DNA of 64,000 nucleotides from Escherichia coli (GTDB lineage Bacteria; Pseudomonadota; Gammaproteobacteria; Enterobacterales; Enterobacteriaceae): NCBI RefSeq assembly GCF_030013205.1, contig NZ_CP122649.1; one strand, 5' to 3'. Shown piece by piece: positions 11,401 to 21,700 of this stretch (position 1 is its first letter; each line of letters starts with the position of its first letter). The notes under the pieces were generated by a model. It saw only the letters and a program-made list of their open reading frames with translations, ran no database searches and was not told where the DNA came from. The position numbers and the translations under genes were made by a program.

Positions 11401-12440
11401 AATGATGCCTCAAACAACTGCATATCCGAGGCCAGCCCGAGTGGGGTTTTGTACTTGCTGGCACCATTACGGAGTTCATTCATGATGAACAAACTAAGCG
11501 TCGCGTCATAAGCACCAATAGCTTTGCCGTACATGCCATTCGCCGACGCCATTACATCCGTGAAGCTCGCTCCTGATGCTGCACCTCCCGCCTCATCTGG
11601 AGCAAGGATACCGTTTGTTTGCCCAATCAATGCAATCGTCTGCCGAGCCTCTGGGGTGCTCGTTACCTGTTTAACGGTCGACCAGACCTCTTCACAAGTA
11701 GCAGACTTTGAGCTATTCACACCGACAATGTTGGCAGAGGCGTTCTTCAGCGAACCTTTCATCGCCTGATTAATGCGTTCCATGCTATCCACGATATTTG
11801 CAGAGAAAATATCGTTAAAAATGGTTTCTTTCCCAGCAATTTTTGCGCTTGAGTTTTGGGTTCCCTTGAGACAGTTATAGGCCAGTGATTGTACTGTCGC
11901 GCACACATTCATCGCACCTAACCCGCTGGCTGGTTCGGGAAACGCAGAACAATAGCCCTGGCTGTCACCACCCCATTGTAAGAATTTAACGAAACGAATC
12001 ATCGGACCAAGAGTAATGTCATCATCAAGCGTCGTTGCGGCAAAGTCGATCGGCGCCAGTGGATCAAATGCCGTTTTGTAGTCTTTGAGTAAGCCCTGGC
12101 TAAGGTTCGTGGTGACAGTTCCCATCGCCGCAATAAAAATAGGAATGCCATCGACATTTCTCACTTCACCAGACTTAACTGATTCAATCGTCACATCCAC
12201 ACGAACAATTGCCATCGAAAATAGAATCAGCCCAAGAATCCATGAAAATATCGGCACTTCTGCTTTTGTCGGGTTCAACAGCCAAAGCCACGTTTTATAA
12301 AACAGGCTGGCTCCAGCCAGTACCGCTGCCGTCGTTAGAAATGCTTTTACACCGGTGTATTGTGAGAAAATCAGGGCAATCCCGTTCAGGGCGGACCACA
12401 CAAATTCAATATCGCCAACTGTATAGATGTTGTAATCCAT
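8451..12440 (-). CDS. trhG: F-type TraG-family mating-pair stabilisation protein (TrhG-like)
   Basis: 1329 aa; multi-TM N-terminal domain typical of TraG_N, long Gly/Ser/Gln-rich periplasmic region. Confidence 0.88.
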   Translation of the reverse strand: MDYNIYTVGDIEFVWSALNGIALIFSQYTGVKAFLTTAAVLAGASLFYKTWLWLLNPTKAEVPIFSWILGLILFSMAIVRVDVTIESVKSGEVRNVDGIPIFIAAMGTVTTNLSQGLLKDYKTAFDPLAPIDFAATTLDDDITLGPMIRFVKFLQWGGDSQGYCSAFPEPASGLGAMNVCATVQSLAYNCLKGTQNSSAKIAGKETIFNDIFSANIVDSMERINQAMKGSLKNASANIVGVNSSKSATCEEVWSTVKQVTSTPEARQTIALIGQTNGILAPDEAGGAASGASFTDVMASANGMYGKAIGAYDATLSLFIMNELRNGASKYKTPLGLASDMQLFEASLKRTNTMASQGQLWLQLSGAAIAFLEMFAYMVAPFALLMLLALGGNGVAAAAKYLQLILFVNMWPITAVMVNAYVKKVATADLDTWSTLNSQSNAVTWMGLPGLAETYSSYLSVASALYALIPVLTLFLMTQSIHPMMNAMKGVTPPAPVDSSHLTPKVWDAPNSGKSSFGDVNRTALTSTGQGFSGGGAMDSSNFRLGTWNAGSSIASSQGQGAAFTSSAMSAASNTFQQAFNQMSEVGRTGQSGQQFTSNLQSLKSFTDQAGANIANSVGAKHGINSQQLAGVVSNLLLNGSLGLGGEEKLGKGGGGGLAQKVMDSLGIKAGGQVGSGITKSNSGNESLLTDLSKAITTQLTENSGLTDQMTKAAAQINSDQFAQTNAFKEAATKMNQSTQTMAENLSTSLSTNASANTGMTLDSRQAINLDRFSDSIRNKNFSDEDVRNFARKNGLDENAFMEKFNSYNDTFKASTQLGSQLQRTDALVATTRDFSEQKIAIDTARGETAESNKQDLRETSSLLKGLVADFGGNAQQMLPITNQLDRITGDASGINTIAQAQDRTPEHVNTSSVMSADRVADVGQSMDAQAKAGLVQNQQNANQHVGGQTESGVTPYNVDKISKEDIQGIHQGNVNKSYSEENQNVLSSLEKNTPVVTNETVGRVQGAGVDVQHANQTFDQLQAGSGGKHATSGMGTISDKLNNMYGDNQIRGISGNLPNYFGRIANDPTKKPDDKRAELAAQAVFTYGASTMATGAEKEQLKADTQNILSELSHYNVRWGMNDLQNIHEGFNMHNKASGSLDSVVRANLGEGGSGGGLVGQRTQTTTDLLVGNKIESNTERGVIGSTLLSGQESVARGLDVIGAKPVNDMLSGMGILTTPSSLANDASNPQNMPSSLLGKVGNHLQMSDGVSEVTSRYKDMGGDGIKAYETASQNSERAIRQQLTDDPRFGPDKADAFVSFMKSNLNNTNEPYQSRIEKAKSWLNENKK

Positions 12441-12448
12441 ATCAGACC

Positions 12449-13870
12449 TCAGTTACCTGTGCCACGAAGACTTTCCATGAACGCTTTTCTCTTTAATCGG
12501 CGATCATCCCATGCAGAAATGACGTCAGAGCTGTTGCCCACCTGGCTACGGGTTAGCTCATAGGCAGCTTTTACCTGATTGGTCAGGTTTTCAGATAACC
12601 TAGTCAGGTCCTGCCGCCGCCCGGAAAGAGATTCGCTGGGTATATTCATAGCGCTGATCTTTGCTTCAACTTGCCGAAGCATGTTAATAACAAGGCTGGT
12701 GGCCGCTATCGCACTGATATCCTGGATATAGGCGTAGCCTTCAGGGACATCAAACGTCTGAAGTGAATCAAGAATAGTTGGGATGCCAATATAAGAAATA
12801 ATGCGTAATTCATCATCAGAGATCCTGACATCACTAATTGCCTTTGTCTGAACCTGAATAAGGAGGTCCGAGATTGTATCCTTCAAACCTTTGAAACCAC
12901 CATCCGTCACTTCAGACATAACCAGGCATTGCGACTTTCTAGCTGAAGCTGGATCGGGGGCAGGCGAACATTTGAGCATTTTTATGGAACCACCAGCCGG
13001 TGGGCCCATGATGAAATCCGATACCGTCATCGTCGACGGGCGAACTTCCATCCCCGCTTTTTCACCTTTAGCGTCCCAGTTGATAATTACAGTACCGACA
13101 AGCGACATCAGCTGCTCAGCAAGTCTGTAGCCAGATAGCTCAGTCACGCCACCGATATTCATTGACCCTTTATCGATGTCCATAAATGACATATAGAAAA
13201 GGTTTCCACTGAATTTTTCAGCAAACTCTTCAGGGTCTTTTGCTTTTACCTGGGAAGTCACGGTTTCCGGCGACTTTGTCATTGATGAACCAAAATCAGG
13301 CAACAGTCCATTAAGAGTGCCAAGCATTGAAGCAGGGCCGGAACTGACAGCATTCGCAAACTGGCTAGGTGGACCAACATTTTCAGTAAGAAACGAATAA
13401 GTAGCGTTGCATGAATCTTTGGCAAATTTATTCAGCGCCTGCAATTTATTCTGGATATCGTTAATAGTCGCAGCACAGTCAGCACAGATTGCCGATACCG
13501 CGACATTGAATGCATAAATTGCAGCCCCCTGTGCAATACCGCGAGCAACCTGAACCAGCTGATCTCCGTTAATCATACTGAAGGAACCAAGGAAAACATC
13601 GATTCCGTTGCAGCCTACGGAAGCTTTGGGAAAAGACATTGACACTAAATTGGTATTCACGTTTGTCGTGCGGTAGGAAAATGAGCCGCCAACCACTCCG
13701 GTACGGGTGGCCGTTTCAAAACTAGCTGGGCTCGTAGTCGTCATCATGCCATTGAAAATATTACGCATGGCGTTATCGGCAACGGCATTTGGCGCAATCA
13801 TCGCCGTGCAAACGGCTAACGATAAAAGTAACTTTTTTGCACAAACATGGAAATCAGCGCGCATATGCAC
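12449..13870 (-). CDS. trhH: F-type TraH-family mating-pair protein (TrhH-like)
   Basis: Signal peptide and conserved block VGCNGIDVFLGSFSMINGDQL matching the TraH family. Confidence 0.88.
   Translation of the reverse strand: MHMRADFHVCAKKLLLSLAVCTAMIAPNAVADNAMRNIFNGMMTTTSPASFETATRTGVVGGSFSYRTTNVNTNLVSMSFPKASVGCNGIDVFLGSFSMINGDQLVQVARGIAQGAAIYAFNVAVSAICADCAATINDIQNKLQALNKFAKDSCNATYSFLTENVGPPSQFANAVSSGPASMLGTLNGLLPDFGSSMTKSPETVTSQVKAKDPEEFAEKFSGNLFYMSFMDIDKGSMNIGGVTELSGYRLAEQLMSLVGTVIINWDAKGEKAGMEVRPSTMTVSDFIMGPPAGGSIKMLKCSPAPDPASARKSQCLVMSEVTDGGFKGLKDTISDLLIQVQTKAISDVRISDDELRIISYIGIPTILDSLQTFDVPEGYAYIQDISAIAATSLVINMLRQVEAKISAMNIPSESLSGRRQDLTRLSENLTNQVKAAYELTRSQVGNSSDVISAWDDRRLKRKAFMESLRGTGN
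13825..13835. promoter_or_regulatory. AAAGTWACTTT palindrome site
   Basis: Exact match inside the trhH 5' coding region. Confidence 0.55.
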
Positions 13871-14900
13871 CTCCTAAACTTCCACCCACATTCAGATAGT
13901 TCACTGGGTCCGCCGTTGGCATATCGTACCCTTCCAGTTTCTTATCCATTATTCGTTGCAATAAGAACGGGTCAGAGTCCATTTCTGATTTATTCACAGT
14001 AATTACGCCATCCTCGCCAATGGTATATTGGCGCTTAATATCTAAAGTGGACTGGAAAGAGGCATCATCAATCAGCTTCATGCCTTTTGCAGCCAGAATA
14101 ATAGTATTCTTGAGCTCCTCAGCAGTGATCATGCCTTCGCTTATTCGTTGCGCTGATGACCCATCTTTTGAGACAAGGAAAATAGTTGGAACTTCACGGA
14201 TTTTAAATTGATCAATAATCTGCGCATTAGGTACAGAGAAATCCTGGAACAACCCATTCTGTAGTGGTCTGCCGTCCATGCTGACAGGAAGAATGTCGAC
14301 AGAATAGTAATTCTCCATAAACTGGAGTATTTGACTTTCTTCGTGGCAGAACTGACAAGTACTCTGGAAAAAGAAAAACAGCCCGGATTTAGTGAAAATA
14401 TCTTTCATAACCGACTGCTGATTTTTCTCGACCACCGTACGATGTGCATCGAGCGCTACCTTTTCAACCGGTTGCCTGCGTTTTTCAGACATCATTGGAT
14501 TTTTAAGGAAATAATCTTTCGATTTATCCGAAAACCGCGTACCGATATCCAGCATTAAACGTTGTGCTGTATAAAATCTCGATAAATTTTCAGGGGTCGG
14601 ATTATCCATAGCCTTGGTCAAAAGCTGAGGCATATTGTCCTTTAGCCACTTTGAATTAAGCTCAATCTTTTCTTCTTGTTCTGGCTGGGTCGAAGATGCA
14701 ACAGGAGGCTTGGTCTCTGTAATTTCTTCCTCAGTTTTCCTTGTCGGGTCGTCATACCAGAAAAAGCCTTTCTTGAAGGCCTGTCCTGATACAAAGGGAG
14801 TGTCTTTGATAAGGGCCTGCTCTTCATTTGCATGGACCCCAGTAATAAACAAAGACAGCAGCACTAACATCTTTGAAGGTATTAACGTTAATCGAGTCAT
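13854..14900 (-). CDS. trhF: TraF/TrbB-like thioredoxin-fold mating-pair protein (TrhF-like)
   Basis: Signal peptide, CQFC motif; first gene of the trhF-trhH-trhG operon, 17-nt overlap with trhH. Confidence 0.8.
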   Translation of the reverse strand: MTRLTLIPSKMLVLLSLFITGVHANEEQALIKDTPFVSGQAFKKGFFWYDDPTRKTEEEITETKPPVASSTQPEQEEKIELNSKWLKDNMPQLLTKAMDNPTPENLSRFYTAQRLMLDIGTRFSDKSKDYFLKNPMMSEKRRQPVEKVALDAHRTVVEKNQQSVMKDIFTKSGLFFFFQSTCQFCHEESQILQFMENYYSVDILPVSMDGRPLQNGLFQDFSVPNAQIIDQFKIREVPTIFLVSKDGSSAQRISEGMITAEELKNTIILAAKGMKLIDDASFQSTLDIKRQYTIGEDGVITVNKSEMDSDPFLLQRIMDKKLEGYDMPTADPVNYLNVGGSLGGAYAR

Positions 14901-15511
14901 TTACCGATCTCCTCATGGAATAGAGGTATGATGGCATAGAAAAAAACTTCATGAGCTCGGTAACGGGGTAGATTTCAAACGTTAAAAAGTCATAAATGTG
15001 ACTACTAGAAAGACCCTGAAAGGGCTGTTGAACTTCTGTGTGCAGGGAAGGTATGGGAGCTAAAAAGGTGGGAAAATAGTTATCAGCATAGTTAATTGAA
15101 TCTGAATTCAATTCCAGACGATACTTTTAAAAATTTCTAGATGAGCGCCGCATTCGATTGATTTTCGAATCGGGAATTTTCGATAAATTAAAAAAACTGA
15201 GGATATATTATTTGGCAAGAAAACGGTTTAATGTGTTTATATCATATGCAGTATTGACCTAAAAAATGCCATTTCATGTTAGTCATACTTATGCAGAGAA
15301 AAGTTAGGCAGAATTGACTGGGTAATGAGCAACTACGGTTGAAAATAATATTAGCATAATCGTTTCAGTTACGTTAGGCCGGAAGCTGTCTGAAGAAAAC
15401 AGCAACATGTAGTCTATTTTGCAGTGAAGTAAGTAAAGAAATTTTGTAGTTAACGAAGAAACATCCCTGGGAATTTTGACCTCTACTTAAATCACTCACA
15501 TAAAATAACAG

Positions 15512-16030
15512 CTAATCTAACTCTTCCTGGGAATACCGTGCTATTGCCGATGACGTGGACGACAATCTGCATCGAGGACAATGAGTATCATTGGTATACG
15601 GGACAATATAAGGGCGCTTACATTTCGCACAAGTTTCAAGCTCCTCGATTTCTTTCATTGACGTTAGAATCTCAATGATTTTATTTACCTCAGGAGCGCA
15701 GACGAAATATCCAAGGTTATGCAGCACACTCATGATGCGGTTGAAGTCAATATTTCGAAAACTGGATTCCGGGTGAATAGGATCAAAACCGAAATAGTTT
15801 ACAGCGACATCAATAACCGCAGAAAAAGCCCTGCGGTTATCCGTGCGGCGACTCCACCCACGAATCCCTTTTTTAAAGTTTTGTTGAGGTTCAGACCTGA
15901 AGTCTATATTTTCGGCAACATGATTTCCATAGAGTATCCTTATGGAATTTTTATTGGCACCAAGAGACATCGTTTTTGTAGCGCTCAATAACATGTTAGC
16001 TTTAGTTTGATCGACTTTAGCCATATTCAA
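15512..16030 (-). CDS. zinc-ribbon protein, candidate transfer regulator
   Basis: 172 aa; C-terminal CAKC...CPRC; start overlaps upstream gene stop (ATGA). Confidence 0.55.
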   Translation of the reverse strand: MNMAKVDQTKANMLLSATKTMSLGANKNSIRILYGNHVAENIDFRSEPQQNFKKGIRGWSRRTDNRRAFSAVIDVAVNYFGFDPIHPESSFRNIDFNRIMSVLHNLGYFVCAPEVNKIIEILTSMKEIEELETCAKCKRPYIVPYTNDTHCPRCRLSSTSSAIARYSQEELD

Positions 16031-16854
16031 TAATCCTTCAAGAGCACTTTATTTGCCAAAGTATTGAACACATCCTGACGGTGGCATGTAAACATAGTGT
16101 CGTAACGCAGTAATTCCATTAAATCGTCACTAATTTTACCCAAACGAATATCGGCAGATATTTCGTATGCCCAAGCAAATACCTTTGATTTTAGCGTAGC
16201 ACTGTCATCCCCCAGACCTGGCGTAAAGGGAATTGTTCGTGGAAAGAGAACGACATCATTAATTAATTTAAGTGATGACATCCCGACATCTTTTATTGCT
16301 TCAACGGTGGCAGGTTTTAATCCAAAAAAGATACTAACAAACTCAGGTGCAAGCATTGACATAAAGAAAACTTGCATTAAGTAATCATTTTGAATGTCTA
16401 CACACTTAGAACGTAGTTGCTGAATTTTTCTCGGATTATAAAATTCCTCCTGCCCGCTGAGCAAAGTTACTTTTTCACCTTCATTGTAAATGCCGAAGTC
16501 AGTATCTTCACTGTCATATTCTCGAATGACGTTAGTGTCGCCATCAACTACAGCTACAAAGAATTTGTCCCAAGAGATCTCTTTACTTAAAGAACGAGGA
16601 ACGAGGAAGCTTCCTGGCCGAGTTTCAACTTCAAATGCATTATCAATCATAGCTCCAAATCCATTACCAAATAGTCGGCGTTGGAGGAGTGGTGATCCAG
16701 TTTGATACTTAGAAGATCCATGAAGAGGCAATAACATTAAGAAGGCACGGTAACTACGAATAATCGAAATCTCGGTACGTAATAGTTTACCGAGTAAATT
16801 ACGCGTGATGTTATCTGATTCTGACATGTGCGGATTGTCCTTGCGCCAATACAA
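16027..16854 (-). CDS. hypothetical protein, candidate transfer regulator
   Basis: 275 aa (alternative start 16827); between oriT and trhF; palindrome site about 50 bp upstream. Confidence 0.55.
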   Translation of the reverse strand: MYWRKDNPHMSESDNITRNLLGKLLRTEISIIRSYRAFLMLLPLHGSSKYQTGSPLLQRRLFGNGFGAMIDNAFEVETRPGSFLVPRSLSKEISWDKFFVAVVDGDTNVIREYDSEDTDFGIYNEGEKVTLLSGQEEFYNPRKIQQLRSKCVDIQNDYLMQVFFMSMLAPEFVSIFFGLKPATVEAIKDVGMSSLKLINDVVLFPRTIPFTPGLGDDSATLKSKVFAWAYEISADIRLGKISDDLMELLRYDTMFTCHRQDVFNTLANKVLLKDY

Positions 16855-16902
16855 TTGTACGAATCTTCTACATGAAATTAAGGTCTGGATTCTGAAGGAT
16901 GA

Positions 16903-16913
16903 AAAGTAACTTT
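16903..16913. promoter_or_regulatory. AAAGTWACTTT palindrome site
   Basis: Exact match about 50 bp upstream of the 275-aa gene. Confidence 0.65.
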
Positions 16914-17154
16914 TGGAATTTTAATACTGCCGCTTTGAACCTTAAAACTAACCTTTCAGCCATTACCCTTACTTGTAACACTTTTTAACCAAACTAACCA
17001 GAATTTTATCAAAAAACCCTGACCTTGCTAACGAAATGTGAACCGTATAAAAAAACCTCAAAGCCTGAGTCGTTATCGGCATTAAGTAGCAATAACCTTA
17101 GGGAAAAATGCGCGTAAGCATGATTATTTTTTCGATTGTTTAACATGACTACTA

Positions 17155-17318
17155 CATAGGGTCACTTTTTGCTGAAAAGTGGCCCTATGCACCATCGACA
17201 TAGGGTCACTTCTTGATGAAAAGTGACCCTATGTAATCACGACATAGGGTCACTTTTTTTAAAAGTGGCACTATGCGTCAAAATCATAGGGTCACTTTCC
17301 TTTAAAAAGTGGCACTAG
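17155..17318. repeat. four tandem palindromic sites CATAGGGTCACTTTT-N5-AAAAGTGACCCTATG
   Basis: Units at 17155-17189, 17199-17233, 17243-17275, 17285-17318, about 44-bp period. Confidence 0.85.
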
Positions 17319-17387
17319 ATAGATGTATAACTTAGTAGGTAAAACAGTTCTTTTCAGATCACGATCTCAGCAATAAGCATTGCTGGA

Positions 17388-17398
17388 AAAGTTACTTT
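17388..17398. promoter_or_regulatory. AAAGTWACTTT palindrome site
   Basis: Exact match between the palindrome array and the relaxosome operon start. Confidence 0.65.
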
Positions 17399-17584
17399 TC
17401 TTCCACGATAAAATGCGGACCTTTTGGCCGTTCCCGTTTACATCTGATGTCACTCACTCTCAGTGCTTCCTCCATTCTTAAATTTGCCATGCAAAATTCT
17501 CGAAAAAATTCACAGAAAAAAGTCCCGTTCGTGAAAAAAAATTGAAAATCACTTCGGTATAGTGATTTCACATCAGGAGGCCCC

Positions 17585-18070
17585 ATGTCTAAATCGAAGC
17601 TATTAAAGTCATTGGAGATTTCACGTACTTTATTGCGCTCACAAATCGATGTTCTTCGAGAAGAGGCTGAAGAACTGATCACCAATTATTGGATCGAGTG
17701 GAAAGAACGGAATCACATTGAGAGGAATTTACCCAGGGATAGCAAAACTCTAAAGAAGGAGTATCTGGGTTCATATGCACCAAAAGTTGAGCTAATTGGT
17801 AATGCCAGGAAAGTCACCATTACCTGGCATCAGTTTAGCCCGTATAAAAACAGGCCACCTAGTCACATGTCGAAACGGATTTCACCGATGAAAAGTGGAA
17901 AATATACGAAAAGCTGCTTTGTTAATCATGCCAGCTGGGAATATGAAATGATTGAAAAAACGGAGGGATTACTGGAACCCTACAGAGAATTACTTGAGTT
18001 CTACCATGCTGCATATATCGAACTGGGACGAAAAGTCCGTCAATACTCAAAATCAGAGGTGGCACAATGA
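17585..18070 (+). CDS. relaxosome accessory protein candidate (TraH-like by position)
   Basis: First gene after oriT, translationally coupled to the next gene. Confidence 0.5.
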   Translation: MSKSKLLKSLEISRTLLRSQIDVLREEAEELITNYWIEWKERNHIERNLPRDSKTLKKEYLGSYAPKVELIGNARKVTITWHQFSPYKNRPPSHMSKRISPMKSGKYTKSCFVNHASWEYEMIEKTEGLLEPYRELLEFYHAAYIELGRKVRQYSKSEVAQ

Positions 18071-18789
18071 CCGATGTAACAATGAATGAAAGCGAGCATA
18101 AGGTACCTGACGTAAATACCCGCTCCCCTCATGCGTCCGATAATAGCCGTAGGGTCGTGCAAAGTAAAAATGAACATTACGGCATGGCTACAGTAACTAT
18201 TACCCCAGGCACGCCAGACTTTAACCGATTTCTCACGGCACGTAATCGTTCCGTAATAAGAGGGTTTGATGATGTCAGTATTGCCATTTCATCCTTATTC
18301 AGAACGGTCAATGCAGTTAAGCACCCCGAACTAGTGCAGGCAATTCAAGACTGGTTCAATGAATTGCACGAAGAAAATAATCTAATGAAGAACAATCTGG
18401 AGCGCCACATTGCCACCATCCATATCGATGAAAGCGATCCGTTCTTCTCATCAACTGAGTTTTCACCGTTCAGATTTGAACCTGTACAGTTAAACTTCAA
18501 CAATCAAAACACGATGCGCTTTTATAAGCACATCTTTGAAATGAACAACCTTCTGACACAGATGCACAAATTCAACTCTCTGGGTCAATTACCGGTTAGC
18601 GATTACAACGTTATGGCCCACAATATTATCCGGAGCCTTAATATGTATATCGAACGGGTCAAGAAAACACTTAACGTTTCCCGCCGCGCAAAAGGTGCTT
18701 ACAGTCCTGATGAGTTCATCGAAAAGGTAAAGCAGTATAAAAGCGTGCAAGCATATATTGCTGCGGAACTGTCTGGTAAACGCCGGTAA
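18067..18789 (+). CDS. hypothetical protein in relaxosome operon
   Basis: 240 aa, coupled to flanking genes. Confidence 0.55.
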   Translation: MTDVTMNESEHKVPDVNTRSPHASDNSRRVVQSKNEHYGMATVTITPGTPDFNRFLTARNRSVIRGFDDVSIAISSLFRTVNAVKHPELVQAIQDWFNELHEENNLMKNNLERHIATIHIDESDPFFSSTEFSPFRFEPVQLNFNNQNTMRFYKHIFEMNNLLTQMHKFNSLGQLPVSDYNVMAHNIIRSLNMYIERVKKTLNVSRRAKGAYSPDEFIEKVKQYKSVQAYIAAELSGKRR

Positions 18790-18799
18790 GGATTATTTG

Positions 18800-21700
18800 A
18801 TGAATTTCAGGGCACTCTTCTTAAGTATGCAACGAGTTTTTGGCATTTTCTCCAGAAGGGAGAATGATGTATCTGAGTTAATGATGAAGGATGCAGCGAA
18901 CTTCTCGCCATTTGCTCAGATTATAGGAGAGCAGAAATACACTGTGCCGGACCACCCGAATCCTGAAGTCCTGAAATTCATTGAATACCCAACCAGGCCT
19001 GCGGGGATACAGACATTTAATGAGCAGTCTATTCTTTCGTTGTACAGAGACAAGCTGCACTCTATTTCTATGATGCTGGCAATAAGTGATGGAGACATTC
19101 GGGAGGATGCCTATACCTTCACTAATCTGGTGTTAAAACCATTGATTGAATACATCCGCTGGATTCATTTACTTCCTGCGTCAGAGAATCATCACCATAA
19201 TGGTATTGGAGGATTGTTGTCTCACAGCCTGGAAGTGGCGATGATCTCTTTAAAAAATGCCAATCACTCTGAATTACGTCCGATTGGCTATCAGGATGAA
19301 GAAGTGGTTCGCCGAAAAGTTTATCTGTATGCCGCTTTTATCTGCGGCCTAGTACATGATGCAGGGAAGGTATATGACCTTGATATAGTTAGTCTCAACT
19401 TGAGTGAAACATTAACATGGGCGCCAAGCTCGCAAAGCCTTCTTGACTGGGCACGAGAAAACAATGTTGTTGAATATGAAATACATTGGCGAAAACGTAT
19501 TCATAACCAACATAATATATGGTCCAGCGTATTTCTTGAGAGGATTTTAGATCCTGTCTGTATGTCATTCCTTGACCGAGTCAAAAAGGAGCGTGTCTAT
19601 GCAAAAATGGTTACGGCACTTAATGTCTATAACGACGGCAATGACTTTTTATCAAAATGTGTAAGAACTTCTGATTATTACTCTACAGGTACTGATCTTA
19701 ATGTGTTGAGGGACCCGATAATGGGTCTTCGTTCGAATGATGCTGCGGCTAGGGCAATAGGTACCATTAAGCATAACTTTACTAGCATTAATATTAATAA
19801 CTATAAAACTAAACCCATGCACATCATTATTGTAAACGGTGAAGTTTACCTCAATGAAAACGCCTTTCTCGACTTTGTACTGAGTGATTTTGCAGCCCAT
19901 AAGTTCAACTTCCCGCAGGGAGATGCAGGCAAAACAGTACTTGTCGAATCTCTGGTGCAACGGGGTTATGTTGAACCTTACGACGATGAACGTGTGGTTC
20001 ATTACTTTATTCCCGGGACATATTCGGAAAATGAAATTGCAAGCATCTTCCGGAACGGTATTGGTAAGCTGGAATTTTATAACCTCTTAAAACTGCGTTG
20101 GATCGGGTTAATTTTTGATTCATATAAAATCCCGGATTCAGTTCCTGGTCTGTTCAGCGTTAATGCGAATAAAGATTTCATCTATATTGATGAGCAGAAA
20201 ACTGTAACGGAATACAGAAGGCCGGTCCCGGGTCGTGAGTCTGTTACCAGAGTAACGGACACTGTCAATGACGCCATTGAGAATACCCCACAGTATGGAC
20301 TTCAGCTCGTAAACGGCCCTGATGCCGACAGTAACAATATTATTAGCAGTGAAAATACTGAATCCATTACGGATAGTTTGGAAGAGTCTGGCGCGGATAT
20401 CTCAAACGAGATTTTTGAAACGCAAGTTGTTACGGCAATTGATACTGCCGAAACGGTAAACGCGGATGAGCCAGAACAGGTAGAAGAGCATGACGACCGG
20501 AGCCAGATTTATCTGGTTGAACAACTTCATGAAATGCTGTTGAGCGCCCCACTGCCCCATCATGCCGTCATTAATATTGATTCCGTACCTTACCTGGATC
20601 TCGATGCTGCGATTGCGTTAATCCCGGGTATAGATGAGGCGGCATTTTGTAATGGGCCATTTTTCCAGTTGACATACCGTGATGGGTCTCTAGATGGTAT
20701 GTGGATAGTCCGTGATGTAAACAATCTACGCCTGATACAGCTGGGGGATAACTGCGCCGGTATGCAAGTAAGCACATCGGAACCACGAAACACGTCATCG
20801 CTGAAATCACTATTTGATACGTCAATGTACCAACCGTTGGATATCCCTGAAGCTCCATCAGTAAACGAAGCTGCTTCGCCTCCACAAACACCGCTTGAAC
20901 TCCCCCAACCACGACTGAATGCACCTGTGGCTGAAGAGGCCAGCTCGGTAGCTGAACAGACTAACGCCCACTCCGAACCGGATTCCGTCATCGCTACTGA
21001 GTATGAGCAATATGGTCATTTGCTGGAAGAGACCCTTGATAGCGATGGTGAGGCATATTCTGATTTAATTGCCTCTGACAGTACTGAGGCAGAATACCCC
21101 GCCACTGATCCGCAGAGCAGCGATTTTGCCCAATTACCTCGTGAAACGGCCCTGTCCGTTGCGCCCGGTGATTTGGATTACTCAGAGGGTGCCATTAAGC
21201 CACCAGCACCCGATGCAACCGGAAAAGAAACAATACTAACAAGTCCTGAACCAGCAGAGGATGTCCGAGAAACGGTAGCCGCCGTGGAGAAAGCGAGTCA
21301 TCTTTCTCCGGCATTGGCTCGACTCTTTGCTGTAAGCACCCATGCTGAGAAGAAGCATGAAAAAACGCAGGAACCCTCCCCTGTTAAAGAGGTTAAAAAT
21401 CCAACCTCCTCTACCACAGTTAAGGCTCCTATTTCCATTGAACCACCAGGCGCTGAAGAGAAAGAGGCGGTGGAAGAATTCACCCTGTTAAACGACGGTG
21501 AAGTCACAGAACTCGAATATGTCGAGATTGCCACCATGCTCCACCAAATTCTGACGAAGTTATCTGGGTCGTTCAAAAGAAAGAGGAAAAACCGGTTCAT
21601 GGTTTTGACCCAGAACACCTTTTATCTGACGCAGTCATGTATTGAAAAGTACGGAACGCAGCTAAATGCGCCTGAGCTTTTTAACCAACTTCCTCAGTAC

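Larger units (their letters stand above)
16855..17584. other. candidate oriT region
   Basis: 730-bp non-coding gap between divergent mating-pair and relaxosome operons, containing the four-unit palindrome array; nick site not identifiable. Confidence 0.5.

Noticed and set aside
8722-11769. Multiple 60-160-aa plus-strand track ORFs inside trhG
   Set aside because: Antisense to a long, well-supported CDS and compositionally biased (Pro/Ser/Ala-rich); typical spurious reverse-frame ORFs.
17155-17318. Tandem repeats considered as a CRISPR array
   Set aside because: Only four units, each an internal palindrome, with 8-9-bp spacers of no spacer-like length and no cas genes; fits protein-binding sites instead.
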